Below, in pieces: positions 30,039-39,546 of a DNA stretch of 64,000 nucleotides. Below the pieces are notes generated by a model that ran no database searches, was not told the DNA's origin, and saw nothing but the letters and a program-made list of their open reading frames with translations. The stretch spans positions 38,815 to 102,814 of the IMG/VR virus record IMGVR_UViG_3300005617_000117, one strand, 5' to 3'. How positions within the stretch are numbered: position 1 is the first letter of the stretch; every line of letters starts with the position of its first letter. Source of the DNA: a virus. Both the position numbers and the translations under genes were made by a program.

Positions 30039-31006
30039 CTAGATTAATGTATGCTGGCCTTCTTTATGATTATGGGGAGCCCGGAAAAGGCTACTCCTAT
30101 GAACATAATAACATAGAAGCTGGCCTACAGGACTGTCAAGATCGTGGGCTTTTATTGCTCAATCGTTTCTATATTGACGCCCAAAGAATTGCTACGGGCC
30201 GCGAAGCATCCAACAAATGGTTAGAAGATCAGATTACTCAACGAAATTTTGACATACTATTCTACGTTGCTTTTAACGAGAGCCACGATATTCCGGCCCA
30301 TCTTTTAAATTTGTGCCGCGACTATGGTATTAAGACCGTCGAATGGGATTGCGATAGTTCCTGGCGATTCAATAATTGGATTCTTCCCAGGAAGGGTTTG
30401 TTTGATTATTTTATTACTACGCATTCCCAGGCTGTGCCTTGGTACGAAGCTAATGGAATGAAGGTTATTCATTCTCAGTGGGGTGGCTCGCCCTATTATA
30501 GAGCCGACGATGGAGCAAAGAAATATGACGTTACATTTATTGGACAAAAACACGGTATCCGACCGCAGATCATTAAAGCACTTACTGATCGCGGCATCAA
30601 AGTTGATTTGTTCGGCAATTATTGGGATGGCTATGATAACTGGCATGGCTACCTCACAGACTTCGGTACAATGCTCAAGGTCTTCCAGCAGTCTAAGGTC
30701 TGCCTCAACCTTTCCAATCCCTGGCACATCGGGACTCTCCCTCAAATCAAGGGAAGACATTTTGAGATCCCACAGTGTGGAGCTTTCCAGATTAGTACGC
30801 CCGCAGATGACCTCAACAATTATTTTGAGCCCGGGAAGGAAATTGTCATTTGCGACGATATTGAATCGCTTGCCGCCGCCTGTAAGAATTACCTACATGC
30901 AGACAGCGAGCGGGAGACTATTGCAAAAGCGGGTTATGAGCGGATGCAGCGGGAGCACCAATGGCACCATCGTTTTAGGGAGATACTCAAGTGCATTATC
31001 TCGTAA
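30035..31006 (+). CDS. CgeB-like glycosyltransferase
   Basis: YDVTFIG, SKVCLN, KGRHFEIPQCG, ERETIAKAG...EHQW.HRF. Confidence 0.85.
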   Translation: MTRLMYAGLLYDYGEPGKGYSYEHNNIEAGLQDCQDRGLLLLNRFYIDAQRIATGREASNKWLEDQITQRNFDILFYVAFNESHDIPAHLLNLCRDYGIKTVEWDCDSSWRFNNWILPRKGLFDYFITTHSQAVPWYEANGMKVIHSQWGGSPYYRADDGAKKYDVTFIGQKHGIRPQIIKALTDRGIKVDLFGNYWDGYDNWHGYLTDFGTMLKVFQQSKVCLNLSNPWHIGTLPQIKGRHFEIPQCGAFQISTPADDLNNYFEPGKEIVICDDIESLAAACKNYLHADSERETIAKAGYERMQREHQWHHRFREILKCIIS

Positions 31007-31662
31007 GTGAAATTCTAAAAGCAATTAAACAGGCTCCCGATGGATTAAAATTCGTTCTTCCAGATGAAGTTGCTGGTTGGTGTCCGACAGAATTGGGCTC
31101 CGTGCTCGGTACATTTTTGGCTTCCGGCCAAAAGAGATATCTCGAAGTCGGCACATTTTGTGGTCGTAGTTTAATTTATGCTCTTCGAACTAACCTAAAC
31201 ACTAAGGCAGATGTCATTGATCCATTATCAGATCAGATGATTGTTGGTACTAAGCCAGTTTATCAACATTGGGAAGCAAATGTTAAGGCGTACGAGATAC
31301 AAAATCAAATTACTCTGCACCGTTTTAAATTAGAAGAGTTCACTGGTAGTATAAATGATATACACCTTGCTTTCGTTGATGGCAATCATGACTCTGGACA
31401 TACGCTAGAAGCTTTACGAAAAGTCAAGCAATATCTAGCCAACGACGCAATTATTATTGTTGATGACTACGAGATTTATGGTGGCAACGAACAAACGCCA
31501 TACCCTGGTTATGACGTAGATATTAAGGCACCTGTCAAAACAGATGTCCATAAGTTTTTATCAGAAACGCCAGAAGTAACGGTTATCGCGTATACGCCTT
31601 GGCTGAATGGACAAATCTATATGTATTATAGAAAGAATACGACAGTCTGGAGACAGCAATGA
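30991..31662 (+). CDS. Class I SAM methyltransferase (Methyltransf_24-like)
   Basis: YLEVGTFCGRS, FVDGNH, IIVDDY. Confidence 0.82.
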   Translation: MHYLVSEILKAIKQAPDGLKFVLPDEVAGWCPTELGSVLGTFLASGQKRYLEVGTFCGRSLIYALRTNLNTKADVIDPLSDQMIVGTKPVYQHWEANVKAYEIQNQITLHRFKLEEFTGSINDIHLAFVDGNHDSGHTLEALRKVKQYLANDAIIIVDDYEIYGGNEQTPYPGYDVDIKAPVKTDVHKFLSETPEVTVIAYTPWLNGQIYMYYRKNTTVWRQQ

Positions 31663-32300
31663 CCAAATGGCGAGATCGTAAAGATAATCATGATTTTATG
31701 CAGCCAGAGCACGTACAGAATTTTCTACGTAATCACAACACTGGCGTTAATAACCTAGGAAGACTTTATCTAGCTTCTATCATTTCTCAGCACGGCCCAG
31801 GCACAACAGTTCTAGATGCGGCATGTGGCTCTTGTGTTAACTATGAGGTATTCAAGAATCATCATGTCCAGTGCAATTATACCGGCCTTGATCGAACAGA
31901 AAAGCTTCTTGAGGAAGCTAAGCGTCGTTACGGCAACGAGATTACGTTTGTTAAAGGATTTGTTCAGGAGATCCCGCTTCCAGAAGAAAGTCAGGACGTT
32001 GTTATTTTAAGACACATTCTAGAGCATTTAGAGGAAGGTTATGAAATAGCTATTAAAGAAGCACTTCGCGTAGCGAAGAAGGAAGTTGTTGTTGTCTTCT
32101 TTCTGGCACCACATGGCGGCCCACAGGATCAAATGTCAGAATCCCAACCAGACGAGAATGGTTGCACATATTGGTGGAATACATATAGCTGGTGCAAATT
32201 TACACAGTTTATTGCTTCGTTGGGCGTTCAACTACAAGTAAGAAGTGTCGCTACGCCTGGAGCCGCTCACTCCGACACTATCGTTAGGATAATTAAATAA
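31659..32300 (+). CDS. Class I SAM methyltransferase
   Basis: VLDAACG, YTGLD, DVVILRHILEH, EALRVAK. Confidence 0.85.
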   Translation: MTKWRDRKDNHDFMQPEHVQNFLRNHNTGVNNLGRLYLASIISQHGPGTTVLDAACGSCVNYEVFKNHHVQCNYTGLDRTEKLLEEAKRRYGNEITFVKGFVQEIPLPEESQDVVILRHILEHLEEGYEIAIKEALRVAKKEVVVVFFLAPHGGPQDQMSESQPDENGCTYWWNTYSWCKFTQFIASLGVQLQVRSVATPGAAHSDTIVRIIK

Positions 32301-32815
32301 TGGGCGTTAATCTTCTACAGTATCCTATCTCTAAATTTCCATTCTACGATTATGATGATTGTAATGGGATGGATAAGTTTCTATATGCCCCGAAGGATGG
32401 CGGTATTCCGCCAATTCCATCAGACGAAGAATGTTTGAATTTTGCTAATGTTTTGGCTTGTGATAAAGGGTTCGCAGAATTTCACGACAGATATACCAAA
32501 TATGTTTCCGCACTCTTCAATTCTGCCGGTTCATATCCCTATGAAATACCTGGGTTTAGAATCCATAGAAGAGATCATTTACCATTTTATTCTGGCATAC
32601 AAGAATCTAAGTATGTGATTTATACTCCATTAACCCCCATGTTCTATACAAACTCTATTGCTGTCGAAAGTCAGTATGGATTGGGTGACTACAATTTTAT
32701 AAATATGAAGATAGGCGACCTTTACATTCTTGATAAACAATACAGAAGAGTGATAGACAATTTTCACAATGGCATGGGACAATTATCTATCTGTATGATG
32801 AGTTTCTTAGGATAA
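32300..32815 (+). CDS. Degenerate StrG-like / double-stranded beta-helix protein
   Basis: PGFRIH and YTPLT...TNSIAVES..G.GDY pattern; no evident HxD...H metal triad. Confidence 0.4.
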   Translation: MGVNLLQYPISKFPFYDYDDCNGMDKFLYAPKDGGIPPIPSDEECLNFANVLACDKGFAEFHDRYTKYVSALFNSAGSYPYEIPGFRIHRRDHLPFYSGIQESKYVIYTPLTPMFYTNSIAVESQYGLGDYNFINMKIGDLYILDKQYRRVIDNFHNGMGQLSICMMSFLG

Positions 32816-33516
32816 TGTTTAAAACTTGGACGTTCGGAATTATTACTGATGGCAGCGACATGCCTCGGCTAGAGCAATGCATTAATTCGGCTTATCGAAA
32901 TTCGTCGCCGGGCGAACACATTATCGTAGTTGGAGGAACCAAAAAACCGCAAGGGAACGTTATCTGGATTCCGTTTGACGAAACAATCAAAGATAAATGG
33001 ATCACAAAGAAAAAGAATCTCATAGCTCAGTTGGCGGATTCCGCAGCCATCTGTTTTATGCACGATTATGTATCGCTAGAACAAACTTGGCGAATAGGGA
33101 TGGATCAAATTGGATGGCCCGATTTTACTCATCCAACATGCACTAACAAAATATTGAACGGTAATGGAAAACGATTTAGAGATTGGTGTGTAATATATAA
33201 CGACGCCTGGATGAATCCGCCTATTGACGACCAAAAGCCGCCCGAAAATATTGATGGCCATTTATTGCAATACGATAACTTTAATATGGGGCGTTGGCAG
33301 TATATGTCCGGGGCATATTTCTGTGCAACCAAATACGTTATGATGCATCACCCTCTCAACGAAGAAAGAGTTTGGGGACAGGGTGAAGATGTCGAATGGT
33401 GCAGAAAAGTGTACGCGACGTATGGTAGTAATGCGTTTTTGTTTAATCCATTTTCAGAAGTTAGGTTTCTCAAAATCAAGGAACAGGCTCCTTGGGAAAT
33501 GTTCTCACCACTATGA
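32815..33516 (+). CDS. GT-A-fold glycosyltransferase
   Basis: TFGIIT, WITKKKN, FMHDY, SGAYF, WGQGEDVEW. Confidence 0.7.
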   Translation: MFKTWTFGIITDGSDMPRLEQCINSAYRNSSPGEHIIVVGGTKKPQGNVIWIPFDETIKDKWITKKKNLIAQLADSAAICFMHDYVSLEQTWRIGMDQIGWPDFTHPTCTNKILNGNGKRFRDWCVIYNDAWMNPPIDDQKPPENIDGHLLQYDNFNMGRWQYMSGAYFCATKYVMMHHPLNEERVWGQGEDVEWCRKVYATYGSNAFLFNPFSEVRFLKIKEQAPWEMFSPL

Positions 33517-34220
33517 ACAAAGATAAATATGCGGACATGCAACGTAGACAATACGAGAGTGACGCCTCGCACTGGTCATTACAGAATATTGATAGTGTGG
33601 TGGGCTCTTTTCACGCCCACAATAATCACGCAGACTATGAAAACTTCCTATTAAATGGTTTTGATAAAGCCAACATGATTGCTCTAGACTTTGGCTGTGG
33701 CCCGGGTCGCAATCTAGCGAGGTTTGGGCCGCAATTTAAGCGGATGGATGGTGTAGATATCGCCCAAAACAATCTTAATAATGCCAAGGTTTGGCTCGAA
33801 CATAACAAGCTATGGAAGGATGATATTCGTCTCATTCTTTGTAACGGTACGGATTTAAGTGCCATCGAAAGCAATTACTACGACCTCGTGATGAGCACAA
33901 TTACGCTACAGCATATTTGCGTCCATTCTATTAGATTTGGTTATTTTCAGGAATTTTTCCGAGTTCTTAAGCCGGGTGGATGGATTACCCTACAGATGGG
34001 TTATGGTCCCAAGGCAGATGCACGACAGAAGGCAGAATATAATCAAGACTATTTTGATGCCGAGGGAACAAATGGTTGTGCCGATACAATGGTTACTTCA
34101 CCAGATCAATTATTAATAGACCTTACTGTTATTGGATTTAAAAACTTTCACCACGATATTCGACCAGTTGGGCCGGGTGACAAACATCCCAATTGGATAT
34201 TCTTTAGGGCACAGAAATGA
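33513..34220 (+). CDS. Class I SAM methyltransferase
   Basis: ALDFGCGPGR, DGVDI, TLQHI, RVLKPGG. Confidence 0.9.
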   Translation: MNKDKYADMQRRQYESDASHWSLQNIDSVVGSFHAHNNHADYENFLLNGFDKANMIALDFGCGPGRNLARFGPQFKRMDGVDIAQNNLNNAKVWLEHNKLWKDDIRLILCNGTDLSAIESNYYDLVMSTITLQHICVHSIRFGYFQEFFRVLKPGGWITLQMGYGPKADARQKAEYNQDYFDAEGTNGCADTMVTSPDQLLIDLTVIGFKNFHHDIRPVGPGDKHPNWIFFRAQK

Positions 34221-34867
34221 TTAGAGCAATCCTATATGATTTAGATGGTGTCCTAGTTGATGCCGTCGATATTCATAAGCGAGCCTTTAATGCCGCTCTT
34301 ACGACTGTTACCGGCAAACCATTAACAGACGAAGAGCATCTAAAAGATTTTAATGGACTACCAACAAAAAAGAAATTAGAAATGTTGATTGCTCGTCGTA
34401 AAATAACTCCAGTAATGGTGCCGTTTATTGAACGTCTTAAACAAGAAATGACGATTGCCCAAATTAATGAACTACTAAAAACAGATCATCACAAAACCAG
34501 ACTTCATAGATGGGCAAAGATGTCAGGAATCAAAATTGGCTGTGTAACAAACTCAATTCGTGAGACGGCCGAATTAATGCTAAAGAATACTGGCCAACTT
34601 AAATATATGAAATTAGTTATCACTAATCAGGATGTAGATGAGCCAAAGCCAAGTCCAGAAGGTTATTTTAAAGCAATGGCCATGTTAGGAGTTAAGCCAG
34701 AAAACACTTTAATAGTTGAAGATTCTGAGAAGGGTGTTAGTGCCGCTAAGAAAACTGGTGCCCACCTTCTAGTTGCAAGATCCTGTAAAGAAGTTAATAT
34801 AGACTCTATTAAGGATAAAATCATTGAAAGCAGCTTTAGTTCTGTCTGGTCAGCCGCGTTGTCTTGA
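34217..34867 (+). CDS. HAD-superfamily phosphatase
   Basis: DLDGVLVD, VTNS, KPSPEGY, VEDS..G. Confidence 0.9.
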   Translation: MIRAILYDLDGVLVDAVDIHKRAFNAALTTVTGKPLTDEEHLKDFNGLPTKKKLEMLIARRKITPVMVPFIERLKQEMTIAQINELLKTDHHKTRLHRWAKMSGIKIGCVTNSIRETAELMLKNTGQLKYMKLVITNQDVDEPKPSPEGYFKAMAMLGVKPENTLIVEDSEKGVSAAKKTGAHLLVARSCKEVNIDSIKDKIIESSFSSVWSAALS

Positions 34868-35537
34868 TGAGTGCTTTGATTCGCTTAAGCATTTTATTAT
34901 AGACCCATTGCAGACCGATATCTTTTTTCATTTCTGGAACACTTCGTTTCTTCCTTTTACGGATAATGTCACGAAGGTTCTTTATGGGATGGAGACGATA
35001 CCGCAGTGGAAGGCTTTCGATGGGGATTATGCCGCTAAATACATGGCTTTACTTAAGCCAAAGCGATTTATTGTACAACCACAGGTTGCATTAAATTTTG
35101 ACTATTATGCCAAGTCCTGCACACACGCCAATAGCAAGATGCAGGCAAAAGCATATATTCATGTTCTCAGCATGTTCTATTCCATTGGTATGGCACATCA
35201 ATGTATGATGGAATGGATGGAAAAGACTAATACAAATTACGATTTAATTATACGATGCAGAACCGATGCAAAATTTTGGAAGACGCCCGATCTAGATGGC
35301 CTAGAATCAGACAATATCCTTATTCCAGAGAATGATTGTTATGGCGGACTTAATGACCAATTTGCGATTACTAATAACTGGAAGATTATGCACGCTTATG
35401 CAACATGTCTAGATAATATCCAGACGCTCTTTGATGCTGGTACGAATTTTCATCCAGAAACAATTCTCAGGGATCATTTAAAATCGCATAATATACCTGT
35501 CAAGTTTATTCCCCAAAGCTATGGATTGATAAGATGA
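34824..35537 (+). CDS. Putative glycan-modifying transferase (SGQPR family)
   Basis: ALVLSGQPR, SMFYS, YDLIIRCRTD, NDQFA, HPE; TTG start. Confidence 0.55.
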   Translation: MKAALVLSGQPRCLDECFDSLKHFIIDPLQTDIFFHFWNTSFLPFTDNVTKVLYGMETIPQWKAFDGDYAAKYMALLKPKRFIVQPQVALNFDYYAKSCTHANSKMQAKAYIHVLSMFYSIGMAHQCMMEWMEKTNTNYDLIIRCRTDAKFWKTPDLDGLESDNILIPENDCYGGLNDQFAITNNWKIMHAYATCLDNIQTLFDAGTNFHPETILRDHLKSHNIPVKFIPQSYGLIR

Positions 35538-36274
35538 AACTACTCGTTCCTATGTCCGGTCGCGGACAGCGATTTAAAGATAAAGGTTACACGTTCCCAA
35601 AGCCATTAATAGATGTGAATGGCAAGCCTATGATAGAGGTTGTTCTTAATAACTTGCCCGTGGCAGAAGAGTATATCTTTATTGTTCAAAAAGAGCACGA
35701 AGATCAGTACGGATTAAGCAAGATGCTGAGTAGACTTACCAATGGTAGGTCTTTTTGCTTTTTTACTGATGGTGTGACGGAAGGTGCTGCTTGTAGTGCT
35801 TTGCTCGCACGCAAACGCCTGCTCAATGATGGCCCACTTTTAATTGCAAATTCAGATCAATTCGTTGAATATAGCTTGGGCAATTTTAATCTCGTAAAAA
35901 GCATTGCACAACGAGATAGTGATCTAGTGCCGCCATATGCTATGGCAGGCATGATATTTACATTTGAAGCTTCCCATCCAAAATGGAGCTTCGTGAAAAT
36001 GGATAATTTTCATATTACCCAGGTTGCAGAAAAGAACCCAATCTCTAATTGGGCTACATGTGGCATTTATTATTGGTCCCGTGCAGCAGATTTTGTACAT
36101 TCTTCCGAAGAAATGATCGCCGCAAATGATCGCGTTAACGGCGAATTCTATATTGCACCTTCATTTAATTATCTTATTAAACAGGGCAAATGGATCGCCC
36201 CATTTTTCGTGGATAAAATGCACGGACTCGGTACTCCAGAAGACCTAGAAAACTATTTGAGCAATCATTCATGA
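35534..36274 (+). CDS. Sugar-phosphate nucleotidyltransferase
   Basis: PMSGRGQRF...PKPLI, TEGAA, NSDQ, AEK, NGEFY, LGTPEDL. Confidence 0.85.
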   Translation: MKLLVPMSGRGQRFKDKGYTFPKPLIDVNGKPMIEVVLNNLPVAEEYIFIVQKEHEDQYGLSKMLSRLTNGRSFCFFTDGVTEGAACSALLARKRLLNDGPLLIANSDQFVEYSLGNFNLVKSIAQRDSDLVPPYAMAGMIFTFEASHPKWSFVKMDNFHITQVAEKNPISNWATCGIYYWSRAADFVHSSEEMIAANDRVNGEFYIAPSFNYLIKQGKWIAPFFVDKMHGLGTPEDLENYLSNHS

Positions 36275-37203
36275 GTAGACGAATTCTAATTACTGGCGGC
36301 TACGGGTTTCTCGGCAAGAACCTAATTAGTAATTGGCCCAACAAAGATGATCGTTTGCTCACACCATCGCACCGGGAAGTTGATTTTACCTCTTTTCAAG
36401 AGTCTGGACACTTCTTCTTTAAGTATGGGCAACATCTAGATTCGGTTGTTCATCTGGCAGCCTTATGCGGCGGCATTGGAGCCAATCAGAAAAGCCCGGC
36501 AGATTTTATCTATAAGAATCTCATGATGGGGGCGAACATTCTGGAAATGTCCCATCGTTTTAATGTACCTAAAGTTATTTTGTTAGGGACCGTATGCCAG
36601 TATCCCAAATTTACTCCTGCCCCATTTAAAGAAGATGATATTTGGAACGGCTATCCAGAAGAAACAAACGCACCATATGGTATTGCGAAAAAGACAATCA
36701 TGGAAATGGGATTGGCTTATAGACGCCAATATGGCATGAACATTATCACTTTAATTCCAACCAATCTCGTTGGCGAATTCGATCATTTTGAAGAGGATAG
36801 ATCACATGTTATACCTGCTCTGGTCCGAAAATTTGGTATGGCGGTACGTCAAAGCCTTCCTAACGTTACCGTTTGGGGTGATGGAACAGCTAGTCGTGAA
36901 TTCTTGGATGCTCGTGATGCTGCTCGTGGGATATATTTAGCACACGAAAAATATAATGGAGACTTGCCAGTTAATCTAGGCAACAATAAAGAAGTAACAA
37001 TTAAAGAGCTTGTCAATACGATTGCAACATTAATGAATTATAATGGCAATATTATTTGGGATAAAACGCAGCCGAATGGCCAGCCTCGTCGTTGTTTAGA
37101 TGTTTCTAGGGCCAAAGAACTATTTGACTTTGAGGCACAAATACCACTTGAAGAATCTCTGAAATTAGTAATTAAATATGCAAAGGAACATGGATATGCT
37201 TAA
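36271..37203 (+). CDS. fcl: GDP-L-fucose synthase-family SDR (GDP-4-keto-6-deoxy-sugar epimerase/reductase)
   Basis: TGGYGFLG, LAALCGGIGAN, GTVCQYPK, YGIAK, SHVIPAL, WGDG..SREF, PNGQPRR. Confidence 0.9.
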   Translation: MSRRILITGGYGFLGKNLISNWPNKDDRLLTPSHREVDFTSFQESGHFFFKYGQHLDSVVHLAALCGGIGANQKSPADFIYKNLMMGANILEMSHRFNVPKVILLGTVCQYPKFTPAPFKEDDIWNGYPEETNAPYGIAKKTIMEMGLAYRRQYGMNIITLIPTNLVGEFDHFEEDRSHVIPALVRKFGMAVRQSLPNVTVWGDGTASREFLDARDAARGIYLAHEKYNGDLPVNLGNNKEVTIKELVNTIATLMNYNGNIIWDKTQPNGQPRRCLDVSRAKELFDFEAQIPLEESLKLVIKYAKEHGYA

Positions 37204-38209
37204 GGCTGTTATTACGGGGGTATCTGGTCAAGACGGCTTCTATCTTAGCAAGCTATTGCTTGAAAAAGGATATCAGGTTATTGGGGTTAGAAGACGCACA
37301 TCATTGCCTACAGATCGTAGGCTAGTCCCATTAAAAGGAACTCCCAACTTTATTTTGGCAGATGGCGACGTTACTGACCAGGGTAGTATAGAACAAATCG
37401 TGGGCGACTTTAAGCCTAGCGAGTTCTATCATTTAGCTGCCCAGTCTCACGTACAGCGATCATGGGATTATCCCGTGATGACGGCACAGACCACCGGCCT
37501 GGGCACTTTAAATTGTCTTGAAGCAATTCGCCGAGTTCATCCTTCTTGTAGATTCTATTTTGCAGGGTCTTCTGAGCAATTTGGTAATACGGCCGAAACT
37601 CAGGGACGCCTAGATGAAGAGTCGGCGATGTCTCCCGAATCTCCATATGCTGCCGCTAAAGTATTTGGCTACAATATAACCAAGGTTTATAGACGCTCCT
37701 ATGGAATGTTTACCGCCTGCGGCATTCTATTTAATCATGAAAGTCCAATGCGGGGCGAAGAATTCGTTACTAGAAAAATTACGATGGGCCTTGCCAGAAT
37801 TAAGCACGGCCTACAGTCCGTATTAACTCTTGGCAATATGGACGCAAAGCGAGATTGGGGATTTGCTGGCGACTATGTAGAAGCAATGTGGAAAATGCTT
37901 CAAATTGATAGTCCAATGGATTTCGTGGTTGGAACCGGCGAAACGCACAGCGTTCGTGAATTTGTTGAGCACGCTTGTAGTTATTTTGGACTTAATAGTG
38001 CCGACATTATTAGAAGCGATCCAAAACTGTTTCGTCCCAAAGATGTGAATGTTTTAATTGCCAATCCAAAGCGAGCGGCTAAGCTTTTAGATTGGAAAGC
38101 AAAAACCGGTTTCGTTGATCTGGTAAATTCAATGTGCCTTTACGATCTATATAATACTTCTCCGAATCCTGCTGATAGAGCATCGGCCGAAGAATTGTTC
38201 ATGCAATAA
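37196..38209 (+). CDS. gmd: GDP-mannose 4,6-dehydratase
   Basis: ITGVSGQDG, LAAQSHV, SSE, SPYAAAK, GILFNHESP.RG..FVTRKI, RDWGFA.DYV. Confidence 0.95.
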   Translation: MLKAVITGVSGQDGFYLSKLLLEKGYQVIGVRRRTSLPTDRRLVPLKGTPNFILADGDVTDQGSIEQIVGDFKPSEFYHLAAQSHVQRSWDYPVMTAQTTGLGTLNCLEAIRRVHPSCRFYFAGSSEQFGNTAETQGRLDEESAMSPESPYAAAKVFGYNITKVYRRSYGMFTACGILFNHESPMRGEEFVTRKITMGLARIKHGLQSVLTLGNMDAKRDWGFAGDYVEAMWKMLQIDSPMDFVVGTGETHSVREFVEHACSYFGLNSADIIRSDPKLFRPKDVNVLIANPKRAAKLLDWKAKTGFVDLVNSMCLYDLYNTSPNPADRASAEELFMQ

Positions 38210-38219
38210 GGAAATTATT

Positions 38220-38819
38220 ATGCCTCAATTATCACAAGTAGATGTCCGTAAATTCATTAGGTTATGTGCCGAAGATAGAAACTTTGGCGAATTCCAGATT
38301 TATCTCGGCTTAGATAAGGCAGATGTGATCCGACTAAAGGGTACGCTTGGGATTATGACGCCACGCGATGCCAAGGATCTTTTAAAGGATGTGGTTGTTC
38401 TTGAAGAGAAGGAAGAGGCCGTGGCACGGGCCGAACGTCAAGTAACGCTCAACGAAGAGCGTAAGGCTGCCCAGGCACGCTTAGACGCTCAGAATCTTAA
38501 GAAGCAGCAAGAACGGTCAGAGAAGAAGCGTAAGGTTCTCAGCATCACCAAGGTAAAGAATCAGGATAAGAAGCGTCAGGAAAAGTTTGAAAAGCAGCAA
38601 GAAAAGACCGCCGCAGTTAAAGCTGCGGATACGCTTAAGAAGCTAAATAAAACTGCATGGCAGATTCCTCCCGAACTTTCTCCAGAACAGTTTAAGAGGG
38701 ATCTTGTCCATAGGGGTGTGCGTTTTATCTGCGATCGATATAACGTTACTCGCAGTGACATAATGAGTGAAGTAACCAGACTCAAACTTAAGATCGATTT
38801 CGATCTACTACCGAGGTAA
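38220..38819 (+). CDS. Hypothetical protein with central charged coiled coil
   Basis: 199 aa, K/E/Q-rich middle, AAGGA RBS. Confidence 0.6.
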   Translation: MPQLSQVDVRKFIRLCAEDRNFGEFQIYLGLDKADVIRLKGTLGIMTPRDAKDLLKDVVVLEEKEEAVARAERQVTLNEERKAAQARLDAQNLKKQQERSEKKRKVLSITKVKNQDKKRQEKFEKQQEKTAAVKAADTLKKLNKTAWQIPPELSPEQFKRDLVHRGVRFICDRYNVTRSDIMSEVTRLKLKIDFDLLPR

Positions 38820-38824
38820 TTTTA

Positions 38825-39541
38825 ATGAGCAATAGCAATCTTCCTCCGTCAGAAATGACAGCAACATCATCCGAAAATGCGGTTGATAATCTACTAAAGA
38901 AGCTTGAGAAGTCTAGAACTGGTACAGATTGGAAGGCCGAATTCCGACCAGAAGAATTGGCTATGCGTGAAGACCTCGGGCAAACAGTAAGGCTTCGTGG
39001 CCTACAGCGTTGTGCCCATCTAGCCGGTCTTGTTGAGAGCTATCCAACGCTACAGCATATTGATCGCCCGGGCGGTCACGCAATCATCCAATGCATTTAT
39101 CATGTTAAGTTCAATGACGGCACACATTTCGCCGGAGCGGCCGACGTTAATGAAGGCAACATCGACAAGAAGTTTTCCAAGTTTCCTACCGCCGTGGCCG
39201 AATCAAGAGCAGAAGCTCGTGCTCTACGTAAGGCCCTCAATATTACTGATATGTATTCCTTCGAAGAAGTGGATGGTCAGGAGGGCGGATCAACTGGTGA
39301 GCCTGATACTGGCGGCAAAATTGAGACGCAGCAGATCGCGGCAATTAACAGCATGATCGATCAGCTAAAGGTGCCGCTGTCAGTTGTACTTGTTGAAGTC
39401 CTTCCAAATGCCCGTGCGAAATCAGTCTTTTCCTTAGAGGAACTAACCTCTTTAGAGGCAGTTAATATTCTCAGAAATCTTAACGAGAAGCGTGCAGAAT
39501 TAGATAAACAACCCGTCATGGGCAAAAAGAAAGGTAGCTAA
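38825..39541 (+). CDS. Hypothetical protein, possible ssDNA-annealing protein
   Basis: TAVAESRAEARALRKAL...SFEE motif and a small C-terminal helical domain recall phage annealing proteins; weak. Confidence 0.4.
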   Translation: MSNSNLPPSEMTATSSENAVDNLLKKLEKSRTGTDWKAEFRPEELAMREDLGQTVRLRGLQRCAHLAGLVESYPTLQHIDRPGGHAIIQCIYHVKFNDGTHFAGAADVNEGNIDKKFSKFPTAVAESRAEARALRKALNITDMYSFEEVDGQEGGSTGEPDTGGKIETQQIAAINSMIDQLKVPLSVVLVEVLPNARAKSVFSLEELTSLEAVNILRNLNEKRAELDKQPVMGKKKGS

Positions 39542-39546
39542 TTAAT

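Noticed and set aside
15705-38209. Bacterial capsule/O-antigen locus (window being a cellular chromosome)
   Set aside because: No export or polymerase genes; interleaved phage-type ORFs; flanked by phage-like replication and virion modules; no ribosomal or housekeeping operons.
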